NCBI GenBank assembly: GCA_001778695.1
Contig: MFHU01000012.1
Coordinates: 1-60,676, forward strand
Source of the DNA: Candidatus Giovannonibacteria bacterium RIFCSPHIGHO2_12_FULL_44_22
Lineage (GTDB): Bacteria; Patescibacteriota; Minisyncoccia; UBA11713; 2-01-FULL-45-33
Length of the DNA: 60,676 nucleotides
Direction of reading: 5' to 3'
Below the pieces are notes generated by a model. The model was not told where the DNA came from and searched no databases. It saw nothing but the letters and a program-made list of their open reading frames with translations. The translations under genes and the position numbers were made by a program. Positions 39,828-49,353 of this stretch are shown piece by piece. Numbering within the stretch: position 1 is the first letter of the stretch; every line of letters starts with the position of its first letter.

Positions 39828-40391
39828 ATGGAACCTTCTGACGCAAAACTTATTCTCGGTTATTTTTCAGGCGATGAAAAAGCGCTGGAGATTCTTTTCG
39901 GCCGTTATTTTAAGCAAGTATATAGATTCGCGCATAGCTATTCAAAAAACAGCGAAGACGCCGAAGATATTACGCAGAAAACTTTTTTGAAGGCCTGGCG
40001 GAACTTAAAAAAATTTGATCAAAGTAAAAATTTTAAAACATGGATTTTCTCTATCGCTAAAAATTCGGCGATTGATTTTCTCCGAAAAAAGAGGGAAATT
40101 TTATTTTCCGAATTGAAAAACACTGATGGAGAAAATATGATTGCCGAAACGCTTGCTGACACAGCACTTTTGCCGACGGAACTTTCCGAAAAAACAGAAA
40201 AATTTCGCAACCTTGCTTTAGCTGTAAGCAGACTCCCGCAAAAATACGGTGATGTAATTACTTTAAGGTATGAAGAATATTTGTCTTTTTCAGAAATTTC
40301 GCGATTTTTGGGCGAAAAATTAAATACCATCAAAAGCCGCCACCGGCGGGCTCTTATGATGCTAAAGTCAGCTTTTTTGCACCAAAAATAA
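39828..40391 (+). CDS. ECF-type RNA polymerase sigma factor (sigma-70 family, regions 2 and 4)
   Basis: It has DAEDITQKTFLKAW (region 2), the FKTWIFSIAKN...DFLRK motif and region 4 (...RYEEYLSFSEISRFLGEKLNTIKSRHRRA). Confidence 0.85.
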   Translation: MEPSDAKLILGYFSGDEKALEILFGRYFKQVYRFAHSYSKNSEDAEDITQKTFLKAWRNLKKFDQSKNFKTWIFSIAKNSAIDFLRKKREILFSELKNTDGENMIAETLADTALLPTELSEKTEKFRNLALAVSRLPQKYGDVITLRYEEYLSFSEISRFLGEKLNTIKSRHRRALMMLKSAFLHQK

Positions 40392-40414
40392 CATTCAAAT
40401 CGTATTATATATGT

Positions 40415-40774
40415 ATGGAACCTCGCGAGGGGCTTTTTGAGGAAGTAATGGGCTGTATCAGAAGAAAAGGGCTTTTTTACGCGAAATGCAGAATGGCGGC
40501 TTTCTTCTTGCTTTTCGCCGTTTCCGCGGCCGCTTTTTTGCCGGTTTGGCGGATGGCGGCGGCGGAGGCGGCGGAATCCGGTTTTTTCGAATTTATATCG
40601 CTTATGTTTTCAGATTCTGGCGTCATTTTGGTCTCATGGCAAAATTTCCTTTTGGCGCTCGCGGAAACTTTGCCAGCGGCAAGCCTTGCTCTACTTTTGG
40701 CGGTTGCCGTGATTTTTCTCCAGTCATTCAAAATTATTAGTAGAGATTTAAAATTTGTTTATGGATATAGGTAA
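40415..40774 (+). CDS. Small membrane protein, candidate anti-sigma factor
   Basis: It lies immediately downstream of the ECF sigma gene and has two predicted TM segments. There is no recognisable catalytic motif. Confidence 0.35.
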   Translation: MEPREGLFEEVMGCIRRKGLFYAKCRMAAFFLLFAVSAAAFLPVWRMAAAEAAESGFFEFISLMFSDSGVILVSWQNFLLALAETLPAASLALLLAVAVIFLQSFKIISRDLKFVYGYR

Positions 40775-41213
40775 TTTTTTAAAACAGAAAAATTCCAAAA
40801 TCATTGCCATTTCAATTGGCGCTCTGATTTTGTTTCTTTTGGTTTTTAAAGCAGGAGTTTTTGTCGGCTATAAAAAGGCATCGTTTTCTTACAAGTGGGG
40901 AGAAAATTATCACAGAAATTTCGCGGGTCCCCGCGAAGGATTTTTTGGAGATTTAAAGCGCGGTTTTGGCGACAAAGATTTTATAGACGCTCACGGTATT
41001 TTTGGAACGATTATTAAAATTGACGGAAATATAATCCTTATCAAAGGTAAAGACAATGTGGAAACAGCCGTTTTGGTTTCTGACACAACCGTTATTCGCC
41101 GCGGCCGGGAGACAATCAAACCGGCTGATTTGAAAACGGATAACCACATTGTTATTATCGGCTCACCCACCGAGCAAGGCCAGATTGACGCCAAGCTTAT
41201 AAGGTTATTTTAA
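40755..41213 (+). CDS. Membrane-anchored protein with a C-terminal beta-rich domain (paralog of the next gene)
   Basis: It has an N-terminal TM helix. The C-terminus GTIIKIDGNIILIKGKDN..TAVLVSDTTVI...ADLKTDNHIVIIG...GQIDAKLIRL parallels 41222..41656. Confidence 0.4.
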   Translation: MFMDIGNFLKQKNSKIIAISIGALILFLLVFKAGVFVGYKKASFSYKWGENYHRNFAGPREGFFGDLKRGFGDKDFIDAHGIFGTIIKIDGNIILIKGKDNVETAVLVSDTTVIRRGRETIKPADLKTDNHIVIIGSPTEQGQIDAKLIRLF

Positions 41214-41221
41214 AAAAACAC

Positions 41222-41656
41222 ATGAATAAATCAATCGTAATTATGATCGCAGTCACGTTGATAGTTGGGGTAGGCGCTTTTTACGGCGGGATGAAATACG
41301 CGGAAAATAAAGCAACGGCGAGTCGCCAGCAAAGGGCTCAACAATTTAGCGGAAACGCCGGCGTTGGGTTTAGCGGCGGGACGGGAGGCGGTCAGCGAGG
41401 CGGAGGCGCCCGCCTGCCGGACGGGCAGGGGTTTATATCAGGAGAAATTATTTCCAAAGACGATAAGAGCGTAACCGTCAAATTGCAAGATGGCGGATCA
41501 AAAATTGTTTTTCTTTCAGACTCAATGAAAATCACAAAATCTACGGACGGCGCTTTAAGCGATCTTGAGGTAGGCCAAACCGTTTCCATAAACGGCACTG
41601 CCAATTCGGACGGAAGTATCACCGCGCAAACAATGCAGCTGCGGCAACAACCATGA
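41222..41656 (+). CDS. Membrane-anchored protein with a Gly-rich linker and the same C-terminal beta-rich domain
   Basis: It has an N-terminal TM helix and a GGTGGGQRGGGAR linker. The C-terminus reads GEIISKDDKSVTVKLQDGGSKIVFLSDSMKI...SDLEVGQTVSINGT...GSITAQTMQL. Confidence 0.4.
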   Translation: MNKSIVIMIAVTLIVGVGAFYGGMKYAENKATASRQQRAQQFSGNAGVGFSGGTGGGQRGGGARLPDGQGFISGEIISKDDKSVTVKLQDGGSKIVFLSDSMKITKSTDGALSDLEVGQTVSINGTANSDGSITAQTMQLRQQP

Positions 41657-43266
41657 TTCAAAAAAATATAAAATTTATATCAAGCCATAAAATTATCGCG
41701 GTTTTGGTTTTGCTGGCGCTCTCATACGGCGGATATTGGACGTATCAAAAATTAACTGACACGAGCGGCCAACCCACATATTTGCTCGCGCAAATTAAAA
41801 AGGGCACGATTACCGCGTCTGTTTCCGGGAGCGGGCAAGTTTCTGTTTCAAATCAGGTAGATTTGAAAGCCAAAGTTTCTGGAGATGTTGTTTATGTTGG
41901 TTTTAAAAATGGAGATGCGGTGAGCGCCGGGAATTTAATACTCCAATTAGACGCAAGAGACGCTCAAAAATCCGTCCGTGACACGGAAGTGAATCTGGAA
42001 AGCGCGAAACTTTCTTTCGAAAAATTCAAAGTTGAAAACTCAAAAGAAAAGCTTGAAGCGGACCTGAAAAAAGCCTATGAGGACGGCTTTAACGCGACCT
42101 CAAACGCTTTTTTAGATCTGCCGACAATTATGGCCGGACTCAACGATTTGCTTTTTAGAAATAATTTTATAAGCAGCCAAACCAATATCAATTATTACTC
42201 TGACGCGGTCAAATCCTATGACGAAAAGGCTGCCTTGTATAAAGACGATGCTTTCAGCTCCTATCAGGCGGCGCGCAAAGCATATGACCAAAATTTTACG
42301 GATTACAAATCCGTTTCCCGCTTCTCGGACGAGGTCTCCATAGAAAAAATTGTAAATCAAACTTACGATGCCACAAAACTAATCGCCGAGGCGGCGAAGA
42401 ACGCGTCCAATTTAATACAGTTTTACAAAGACAAATTAATAGAGCGGGATTTGAAACCCAACGCTCTTGCAGACACGCATCTTTCCAGCCTCAATACTTA
42501 CACGGGCAAAACCAACGCTCATATTACAAGCCTTCTTTCCGTTAAAGACGCGATTCAAGATAAAAAAGACGCTTTTATAAACGCCGATTTTGATCTAAAA
42601 TCCCAAGAACTTTCCGTCAAACAGCGCGAAAACGCGCTAGAAGATGCCAAAGAAAAACTCTCCGATTATTTCGTGCGCGCTCCAGCCGACGGCATTGTCG
42701 CAAAAATTAATTTTAAAAAAGGCGACTCCGTTTCGAGCGGCTCAATCGCCGCCACATTTATTACTAAACAGCGGCTTGCGGAAATTTCTTTAAATGAGGT
42801 TGATGTCGCGAAAATAAAAGTTGGACAAAAATCTACTCTTACTTTTGACGCCGTGCCGGATCTTTCAATTTCCGGCGAAGTCGCGGAAATAGACACTATC
42901 GGCACGGTTGCGCAAGGGGTGGTTTCTTACATTGTAAAAATTACGTTTGACACTCAAGATGAGCGCGTAAAACCGTCTATGAGCGTGTCCGCGGCGATCA
43001 TTACTGATATAAAAACAAACGTGCTTGTTGTGCCAAATTCCGCGATAAAATCGCAGGGAGGGGCGCAATATGTAGAATTAAAAAACGGCGAAAATTCTCT
43101 AGAGCGCCAACAAGTTGAAACAGGAATTTCCAATGATGAATTTACGGAAATAATCTCCGGCCTTAAAGAGGGCGACAGCGTTGTTTCTGGCACAATCAGC
43201 GCGCAAACAAGCGCAAATCAAACGCAGCAGCAATCCGGAGGCTTTAGAATCCCAGGAATAAGATGA
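41653..43266 (+). CDS. HlyD/MacA-type periplasmic adaptor (membrane fusion) protein
   Basis: An N-terminal TM helix and a long coiled-coil hairpin are followed by a beta-barrel C-terminus ([18 protein letters not shown]). It lies upstream of a MacB-like pair. Confidence 0.75.
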   Translation: MIQKNIKFISSHKIIAVLVLLALSYGGYWTYQKLTDTSGQPTYLLAQIKKGTITASVSGSGQVSVSNQVDLKAKVSGDVVYVGFKNGDAVSAGNLILQLDARDAQKSVRDTEVNLESAKLSFEKFKVENSKEKLEADLKKAYEDGFNATSNAFLDLPTIMAGLNDLLFRNNFISSQTNINYYSDAVKSYDEKAALYKDDAFSSYQAARKAYDQNFTDYKSVSRFSDEVSIEKIVNQTYDATKLIAEAAKNASNLIQFYKDKLIERDLKPNALADTHLSSLNTYTGKTNAHITSLLSVKDAIQDKKDAFINADFDLKSQELSVKQRENALEDAKEKLSDYFVRAPADGIVAKINFKKGDSVSSGSIAATFITKQRLAEISLNEVDVAKIKVGQKSTLTFDAVPDLSISGEVAEIDTIGTVAQGVVSYIVKITFDTQDERVKPSMSVSAAIITDIKTNVLVVPNSAIKSQGGAQYVELKNGENSLERQQVETGISNDEFTEIISGLKEGDSVVSGTISAQTSANQTQQQSGGFRIPGIR

Positions 43267-43991
43267 TTGTTTGCAAAGGCATAACTAAAATTTACAAAAA
43301 CCACTCGGCAGGCTCGGGGGAGCCGGCCATAGAAACGGCGGCTGTCAAAAACGCGACTTTTGACATTAGAGACGGAGAATTTGTGGCGATCATGGGGCCT
43401 TCTGGCTCCGGCAAATCAACGTTGATGCATATTTTGGGTTGCCTTGATACGCCAACGCTAGGGACATATCTTTTGGACGGCAAAGACGTTTCGCTTATGG
43501 ACGATAATGAACTCGCGGAAATCAGAAATCAAAAAATCGGTTTTGTTTTTCAAGCGTTTAATTTGCTCCCCCGCGCCAACGTTCTTCGGAATGTAGCTTT
43601 GCCTTTGGTTTACGCCGGAGCGGGCAAAGAGGCGCGCGAGAAGGCCGCGGCGGACGCCCTTGCTTCGGCCGCTTTTCCTCAAAACTTTTGGGGGCATCTG
43701 CCGAATCAGCTTTCTGGAGGAATGATGCAGAGGGTCGCGATTGCTCGCGCGCTTGTAAATAATCCTTCTTTGATTTTAGCGGACGAGCCCACCGGGAATT
43801 TAGACACAAAAACCGGCGAGGCCGTGCTTCACGCTTTTCAAAAGCTTCATATGGAGCAGGGCCGGACCATAGTGCTGATTACTCACGAGTCCTACATAGC
43901 CGAGTACGCCGAACGGATTATTCATATAAAAGACGGCGAAATTATTGAAGACGGCAAAAATCATCGCCGCCGTTTAGTAAACAATATATGA
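43263..43991 (+). CDS. ABC transporter ATP-binding protein (MacB/LolD-type)
   Basis: Walker A (GPSGSGKST), the signature [15 protein letters not shown] and Walker B ([11 protein letters not shown]) are present. Confidence 0.9.
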   Translation: MIVCKGITKIYKNHSAGSGEPAIETAAVKNATFDIRDGEFVAIMGPSGSGKSTLMHILGCLDTPTLGTYLLDGKDVSLMDDNELAEIRNQKIGFVFQAFNLLPRANVLRNVALPLVYAGAGKEAREKAAADALASAAFPQNFWGHLPNQLSGGMMQRVAIARALVNNPSLILADEPTGNLDTKTGEAVLHAFQKLHMEQGRTIVLITHESYIAEYAERIIHIKDGEIIEDGKNHRRRLVNNI

Positions 43992-45199
43992 ACTCATCAG
44001 ATTTATTTCAAGAAACTTATTCCGCGCTTTTAGCAAATAAGGCAAGATCATTTCTCACGATTTTGGGAATAGTCATCGGTATTGCTTCCGTCATCGCCAT
44101 GGTTTCAATCGGGCAGGGCGCGCAGGGCACGATTCAAACGAGCATTGAAGGACTTGGTTCAAATCTCCTGACAATCCTTCCCGGCATAGTCCAGCCCGGC
44201 CGAGGCATAGTATCCGCCGGGCGGGGAACCGCACAGACGGTAAAAAATGAAGATGCTGAATCTTTGCGCGCAATTCCCGACGTTCTTTATGTTTCCGCGG
44301 AACACCAGCGCAGATTTCAAATCATTTCGCAAGCCGGCAACAACACCAATTCCACAGTGATTGGAGCGACCGCGGAATACGTTTCGGTTAGAAACGTTTC
44401 CATGGATCGCGGCGCGTTTATATCCGACCAGCATAATCGCAGCATGGCCCGAGTAGCCGTATTGGGGCCGACAGTCGCAGGAGACCTTTTCGGTTCGGAC
44501 GATCCTTTGGGCAAAACCATACGTATAAATAAAATAAATTTTAAAGTGATAGGAATTTTAAAGGCCAAAGGCAGCGCCGGGTTTTTTAATCCGGACGATG
44601 TAGCAATTGTGCCTCTCACCACCATGCAGAAAATTTTGGCTGGCGCGGATTACCTTTCCACAATTGCCGTTACGGTTTCCGATAAAGACAAAATGCCGGA
44701 GGTGCAGGCGCGGGCGACAGAGCTTCTTTTGGAGCGCCATCGAGTCGCCGAGCCGGATTTTTCAATAATTTCGCAGGCAGATATTTTAGGCGCCTTAACT
44801 CAAGTGACTACGACTTTTACTATTTTTCTTGCGTCTATTGCCGGGATTTCACTTTTGGTCGGAGGAATCGGCATTATGAATATGATGCTTACAACCGTGA
44901 CCGAGCGCACGCGGGAGATCGGGTTAAGAAAAGCCATCGGCGCCAAAAATAAGGATATAAGTTTGCAGTTTTTGGCGGAGGCGGTGATGCTCACTTTTTT
45001 AGGCGGGGTGATTGGCGTGGCGCTTGGATGGTTGGTCGCAGTTTTGGTTTCGCAATTTGCGGGCATTGCTACGTCTGTTTCCATTCAAGCAGTTTTTCTG
45101 GCTTTTGGTGTCTCGGCCGCAATCGGCATTGTTTTCGGTTATTATCCAGCGCGCCAGGCATCGCTTAAAAATCCGATTGAGGCTTTAAGATACGAATAG
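43988..45199 (+). CDS. ABC transporter permease, MacB/FtsX type
   Basis: It has the MacB_PCD-like periplasmic domain plus a C-terminal FtsX 4-TM bundle ([28 protein letters not shown]). Confidence 0.85.
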   Translation: MNSSDLFQETYSALLANKARSFLTILGIVIGIASVIAMVSIGQGAQGTIQTSIEGLGSNLLTILPGIVQPGRGIVSAGRGTAQTVKNEDAESLRAIPDVLYVSAEHQRRFQIISQAGNNTNSTVIGATAEYVSVRNVSMDRGAFISDQHNRSMARVAVLGPTVAGDLFGSDDPLGKTIRINKINFKVIGILKAKGSAGFFNPDDVAIVPLTTMQKILAGADYLSTIAVTVSDKDKMPEVQARATELLLERHRVAEPDFSIISQADILGALTQVTTTFTIFLASIAGISLLVGGIGIMNMMLTTVTERTREIGLRKAIGAKNKDISLQFLAEAVMLTFLGGVIGVALGWLVAVLVSQFAGIATSVSIQAVFLAFGVSAAIGIVFGYYPARQASLKNPIEALRYE

Positions 45200-45266
45200 C
45201 GGGGTTGTCCACAGGCGCCATTTTCCATTTTTATGAACTATGCTATAATTAAAAGGTTGGTCTTTT

Positions 45267-45947
45267 ATGAATATTTTGTTTAGGACAAAAATAGCTTTAA
45301 TCACCGGAGCTTTGGCAGTTGCGGTTTTTCCTCTTGTCTCTTTGGGAGAAAACGACGCCACAAGCACTAATGTAAAACGGCAAATAAAACAGGAACGCCA
45401 ACAGGTAAGAACAGACATTCAAAAAAAACAGCAGGCGCTTCAGCAGGAAGCCAAGCAAAAACGCGAAGCTTTAATGCAGGAAATAAGGGCAAGGCGCGAA
45501 ACTTTCAAAGCCGAAGCCCAAAAGCGAATTGACGCGCTTAAGAAAAAGGTGGGCGAGGAGCGGGCAAAGAGAATAGACCAATTTTTCAACCAGATGGTTA
45601 GAAAATTTGAAAACGCGATTGACCGTTTGAATAATTTGGCGGACAGGATTGAGTCTAGGCTTAACAAAACAGAAGCCGCTGGCAATGACGTTTCCAAACA
45701 GCGAGATATGCTGAAGGTGGCACGCGATAAAATTGCCGCCGCGGGATCGGCTTTGAGCGATGCTAAAGCGCAGTTTGGCGCGATGACCAAAAGCGAAAAT
45801 CCAAAAGAGGCTTTCCAAAAAGTAAAAGAACTGGTAAAAGGCGTGGCTCAAAAAGTTAAAGACGCGCACCGCGCCTTGGTTGACGTGGTTAAGTCCATGA
45901 AAGGTCTGCGTTTAGGCGACAAAGCCACATCAACGCAATCGCGATGA
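45267..45947 (+). CDS. Secreted coiled-coil protein, unknown function
   Basis: It has a signal peptide and a Lys/Gln/Glu/Arg-rich heptad-like sequence throughout. Confidence 0.4.
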   Translation: MNILFRTKIALITGALAVAVFPLVSLGENDATSTNVKRQIKQERQQVRTDIQKKQQALQQEAKQKREALMQEIRARRETFKAEAQKRIDALKKKVGEERAKRIDQFFNQMVRKFENAIDRLNNLADRIESRLNKTEAAGNDVSKQRDMLKVARDKIAAAGSALSDAKAQFGAMTKSENPKEAFQKVKELVKGVAQKVKDAHRALVDVVKSMKGLRLGDKATSTQSR

Positions 45948-45957
45948 TTTAATTAAT

Positions 45958-46185
45958 ATGGAAGAAAATAAAAAATTAGTTTGGTGGGTAGCGGGAATCA
46001 TAGCGATTTTAGTCGTCGCCGCGTTTTTGGTTTACTACTTAAGATACACGCCAGTAGGGACGGGCGATTATGGAATCTTACCGCCGTCGGACACAACCCA
46101 ATCAATAGAAGCGGATCTCAACGCCACCGATTTAAATAATCTAGACAGCGAGCTTTCGGACATAGACAAAGAATTAGCGCAGTAA
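45958..46185 (+). CDS. Small single-pass membrane protein
   Basis: The 75-aa protein has one TM helix (LVWWVAGIIAILVVAAFLVYYL). Its last 19 codons are duplicated 431 bp downstream. Confidence 0.4.
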   Translation: MEENKKLVWWVAGIIAILVVAAFLVYYLRYTPVGTGDYGILPPSDTTQSIEADLNATDLNNLDSELSDIDKELAQ

Positions 46186-46186
46186 A
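46130..46186 (+). repeat. 57-bp direct repeat, copy 1 (3' end of gene 45958..46185)
   Basis: It matches 46561..46617 at 53 of 57 positions. All 4 differences are synonymous third-codon positions in the gene frame. Confidence 0.9.
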
Positions 46187-46206
46187 TTTTTATAATTTTA
46201 CAAAAT

Positions 46207-46239
46207 AAAAAGCCCCGCCGGATTTCCGGAAGGGCTTTT
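46207..46239 (+). terminator. Intrinsic terminator
   Basis: The hairpin AAAAGCCC...GGGCTTTT follows the stop codon. Confidence 0.6.
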
Positions 46240-46295
46240 GCTATCAGCGATTTTTGCTTATGGGGACTCTTTAATGACACACATCTTAATCCTCC

Positions 46296-46496
46296 TTAAT
46301 ATTTAATTTTGGAAATGTTTGACACCTGAACATAAGCTCGCATCATCGTTGTATAAAAGAGCTTTTGCGATACCTCGCACCTAATAGCCTCTTCCGCAGC
46401 CGATTCGTTCGGGGCTTCGACCGTTTCTGTTCCGGAGCTACCATCTTTGCGGTGCATGACATTTCTAAACTCCCAATCGCCTAGCCATTTTGCCAT
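46296..46496 (-). CDS. Small ORF (66 aa) of unknown function, inside the segment bracketed by the 57-bp repeats
   Basis: A GGAGG SD lies 6 nt upstream of the ATG at 46496, and the gene has its own promoter-like element. No recognisable motif was found. Confidence 0.35.
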   Translation of the reverse strand: MAKWLGDWEFRNVMHRKDGSSGTETVEAPNESAAEEAIRCEVSQKLFYTTMMRAYVQVSNISKIKY

Positions 46497-46525
46497 AATA
46501 ACCTCCATGAGATTAAACTAAATAA

Positions 46526-46554
46526 AAAATAACATCATTTATAAATGATGTCAA
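46526..46554 (-). promoter_or_regulatory. Sigma-70-like promoter with an embedded 18-bp perfect palindrome (candidate operator)
   Basis: On the minus strand it reads TTGACA, a 17-nt spacer, then TATTTT. The spacer and -35 overlap the palindrome CATCATTTATAAATGATG (46533..46550). Confidence 0.45.
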
Positions 46555-46560
46555 AATTAT

Positions 46561-46617
46561 ATTTAAATAATCTAGACAGCGAGCTTTCGGACATAGATAA
46601 GGAGTTGGCGCAGTAAA
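46561..46617 (+). repeat. 57-bp direct repeat, copy 2 (orphan 3' gene fragment)
   Basis: See copy 1. It is followed by its own terminator hairpin. Confidence 0.9.
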
Positions 46618-46630
46618 ATTTTTGAGAAAT

Positions 46631-46661
46631 AAAAAAAGGGGCTCACGGGCCCCCCCTTTTT
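46631..46661. terminator. Bidirectional terminator
   Basis: A G/C hairpin (GGGGC..GCCCC) is flanked by an A-run and a T-run, between the orphan fragment and the convergent gene. Confidence 0.55.
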
Positions 46662-46669
46662 GACGCAAC

Positions 46670-47092
46670 TCACTTGTTTACTAAGTACACGACTATTGGT
46701 ACCAATGCCAATCCTATGATTTGTTGAACGGATGGCATGCCCCCGCCGATTAGTAGCTTGATTACGGCCGCGAATGCTGGGAATAGAGCAACAATCGTTG
46801 CAATTTGAGCCACGGACCCGCCGCTGTGATAGGCCGTGAAAAAAGAGAGATCGGCAAAAAAGAGAATTGCTCCGACTATCATCATCAGCCAATAGTGCCC
46901 GGGTTGAGGCATTGTTATGGCTAGCCCAAATTGATTTCCGAAAAGCACTAATGGTATGGCTATGCTCAAGATGCCCACGTACCAAAAGATCATACCGATA
47001 AGCGGAGAAACATACGCAAGTTTTTGCTCTAAAATTACATTCTGTGCTGCGTATAAGAACACCGCGCAAACAGCGTATAAAGTAGGATTCAT
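46670..47092 (-). CDS. Small multi-TM protein, single EamA-like (DMT superfamily) domain
   Basis: The 140-aa protein has 4-5 hydrophobic helices. The overlapping 179-aa ORF in another frame is Arg/Ser-rich and looks non-coding. Confidence 0.45.
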   Translation of the reverse strand: MNPTLYAVCAVFLYAAQNVILEQKLAYVSPLIGMIFWYVGILSIAIPLVLFGNQFGLAITMPQPGHYWLMMIVGAILFFADLSFFTAYHSGGSVAQIATIVALFPAFAAVIKLLIGGGMPSVQQIIGLALVPIVVYLVNK

Positions 47093-47195
47093 CGTGCGCC
47101 TCCTTTCTCAAAAGATCTATGTTTCCAATTATACTCTTTTTATTTAAAAAGTCAAGGGGCTGAAAATAAGGCTGATTTGGCTTAAAATAAGTTTA

Positions 47196-47870
47196 ATGCA
47201 GAGTTTTACTATGGCGGAAGCTAAAAAAGAAAGTTTTGAGGCGCGCAAGGAAAGGGCGGCGGAGATTTTGCGCAGGTTAAAAAGGGCTTATCCTAAAGCT
47301 AAAATTGCTTTGAAATATGGTAACAATATTCAGCTTTTGGTCGCGGTGATTTTGTCGGCCCAGTGCACGGATAAAAAAGTTAATGAAGTAACGGAAAAAT
47401 TGTTCAGAAAATATCGGACAGTAGACGATTTTGCCAATGCGAATTTAAAAACTTTTGAGCAAGAAATAAAATCCACCGGATTTTACAGGGCAAAGGCAAA
47501 AAGCATTATTACTTCAGCGAAAATTTTAAAAAATGATTTCGGCAGTAAAATTCCAAAAACCATGCAGGAGATATTAAAACTCCGCGGAGTGGCGCGGAAA
47601 ACCGCGAACATTGTTTTGGGCAATGCCTACGGCGTGGTGGAAGGCATCGCGGTGGACACGCATGTTCGGCAATTCGCGAATTACTGCGCGCTTTCTTTTG
47701 AAAAAGACCCAAATAAAATAGAAAGAGATTTAATGGCGCTTTTTCCCAAAAAAGAATGGTTCGGCCTAACTTATAAAATAATTGATTTTAACCGCGAAAT
47801 GAGAAATCGCGCCAATCGCGAAAAGGCGAAAATAAAATTGCTGGACATTTGCCCCGCTTCACCAGTATAA
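47196..47870 (+). CDS. nth: Endonuclease III-like HhH-GPD DNA glycosylase lacking the C-terminal Fe-S cysteines
   Basis: LVAVILSAQCTD, the HhH LKLRGVARKTANIVLGNAYG and the catalytic-region VDTHV are present. The C-terminus holds only one Cys. Confidence 0.8.
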   Translation: MQSFTMAEAKKESFEARKERAAEILRRLKRAYPKAKIALKYGNNIQLLVAVILSAQCTDKKVNEVTEKLFRKYRTVDDFANANLKTFEQEIKSTGFYRAKAKSIITSAKILKNDFGSKIPKTMQEILKLRGVARKTANIVLGNAYGVVEGIAVDTHVRQFANYCALSFEKDPNKIERDLMALFPKKEWFGLTYKIIDFNREMRNRANREKAKIKLLDICPASPV

Positions 47871-47880
47871 TTCAAAGATT

Positions 47881-48710
47881 ATGCTGGGAATTCTTTTTAT
47901 GGCTTCCGCGACGTTCCTCTCGGAAATTTCAGATTCCCTAGGAAGGCGCGCCGTTCGTAATCATACAGAAAGCATCTATACCATGGGATTTTTAAGCATC
48001 TTTTGGTCGGCGATTTTCCTTATTGCCGCCGGAATATGGAGACATTCTTTTATCTTTTCTTTGGCGTCACTGCCATTTTTTGCAGTAAGATCTATTTTGG
48101 AAATCTTACAGTTGCACATGGGCATATTGGCGATAGTGAAATCGGAAAGAAGTTCCTACGGTTTTATCAGAACGATGACCGTCCCGCTTTTGCTTATTGC
48201 CGATTTGGCGCTTGGATATGCGATAGGTCTCAAACAAATAATCGGCATTATTATAATTTTTCTCGCTCTGATTATTCTTTTTTTGGACCGCGGCATAAAT
48301 CGGCGCGGGGTCGGATTTGTAATTTTTTCCGCAGTAAATGCAGTACTAACTATTTCTCTTTTTAAATATGATATTGCCCATTTTAATTCCGTGGAGGCGG
48401 AGCAATCCATAATATATATAATACTTATGATCTATCTTTTTTTGGCGCTTATTTTATGCACAAAGAAAATCCTTTAGCTTCTCTTAAAAATCCGCTATTT
48501 TTTGTCCAAGCTTCAACCAGCGGCGCCGGCGGTGTATTGGGTAGTTTCGCTTACGCTTTTGCTTCTGCTTCGGTGATCACCGCGGCTCAAAGGTCGTTTG
48601 CCGTTTTGTGGTCTATGCTTTCCGGCAATTTTTATTTTAACGAGCGTCAAATGAAACAAAAAATTTTTTCGCTGGCTTTAATCGTTTTAGGGTTGATACT
48701 TTTAATTTAA
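47881..48710 (+). pseudogene. DMT/EamA-type transporter split by a frameshift near a T7 run
   Basis: ORFs 47881..48477 and 48456..48710 are both polytopic and together have the length of a 10-TM EamA transporter. The frames switch around the T7 homopolymer at 48436..48442. Confidence 0.5.
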
Positions 48711-48714
48711 TTTT

Positions 48715-49353
48715 ATGGCAAAACTTTTTATAATCGCTACTTCAATAGGCAATTTGGGGGACATAACTTTAAGAGCGCTGGAGGTTTTAAAATCAGTTGA
48801 TTTTATTTTGGCTGAGGATACCAGAGTTACAAAAAAACTGCTTTCGCATTTTGGGATTCATAAGCCGGTCTTGCGGTATTTGTTTAAAAAAGATTATAGA
48901 AAATTTAACAGCATCGCTTTGGTCACGGATGCCGGCACTCCGGCTGTTTCCGACCCGGGCGCGAAACTAGTCAAAAATCTCACTATGGCGGGTTTTGAAA
49001 TTATTCCTGTGCCTGGACCATCGGCGCTTTCGGCGATGATTTCCATAAGCGACATTGATATGCGTGAGTTTTGTTTTTTGGGATTTCCTCCGCGCAAAAA
49101 AGGCCGGCAGACGTTTTTCAAGCGCGTCGCGAAATTTGAAATTCCGATAATACTTTTTGAATCCCCCCATAGAATTCAAAAAACTTTGCGCGAGCTGGAA
49201 CTTGTCTGTGGCGACAGATACGTTAATATAGGCCGTGAGCTTACCAAAATTTATGAGGAAGTTTTTCGCGGGAAATTATCGGAAGCCCAAAAATATTTTA
49301 TTGGAGAAAAAATACGCGGGGAATTTGTTATTGCGCTAGATTTAAAACGATGA
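48715..49353 (+). CDS. rsmI: 16S rRNA (cytidine-2'-O)-methyltransferase RsmI (short form)
   Basis: The tetrapyrrole-methylase fold motifs are LFIIATSIGNLGDITLRALEVLKSVDFILAEDTR and TDAGTPAVSDPG. Confidence 0.75.
   Translation: MAKLFIIATSIGNLGDITLRALEVLKSVDFILAEDTRVTKKLLSHFGIHKPVLRYLFKKDYRKFNSIALVTDAGTPAVSDPGAKLVKNLTMAGFEIIPVPGPSALSAMISISDIDMREFCFLGFPPRKKGRQTFFKRVAKFEIPIILFESPHRIQKTLRELELVCGDRYVNIGRELTKIYEEVFRGKLSEAQKYFIGEKIRGEFVIALDLKR

Noticed and set aside
46572-47111. 179-aa minus-strand ORF overlapping the 140-aa membrane-protein ORF.
   Set aside because: It is Arg/Ser/Cys-rich with no hydrophobic pattern or motif. The alternate frame (46670..47092) encodes a coherent multi-TM protein.
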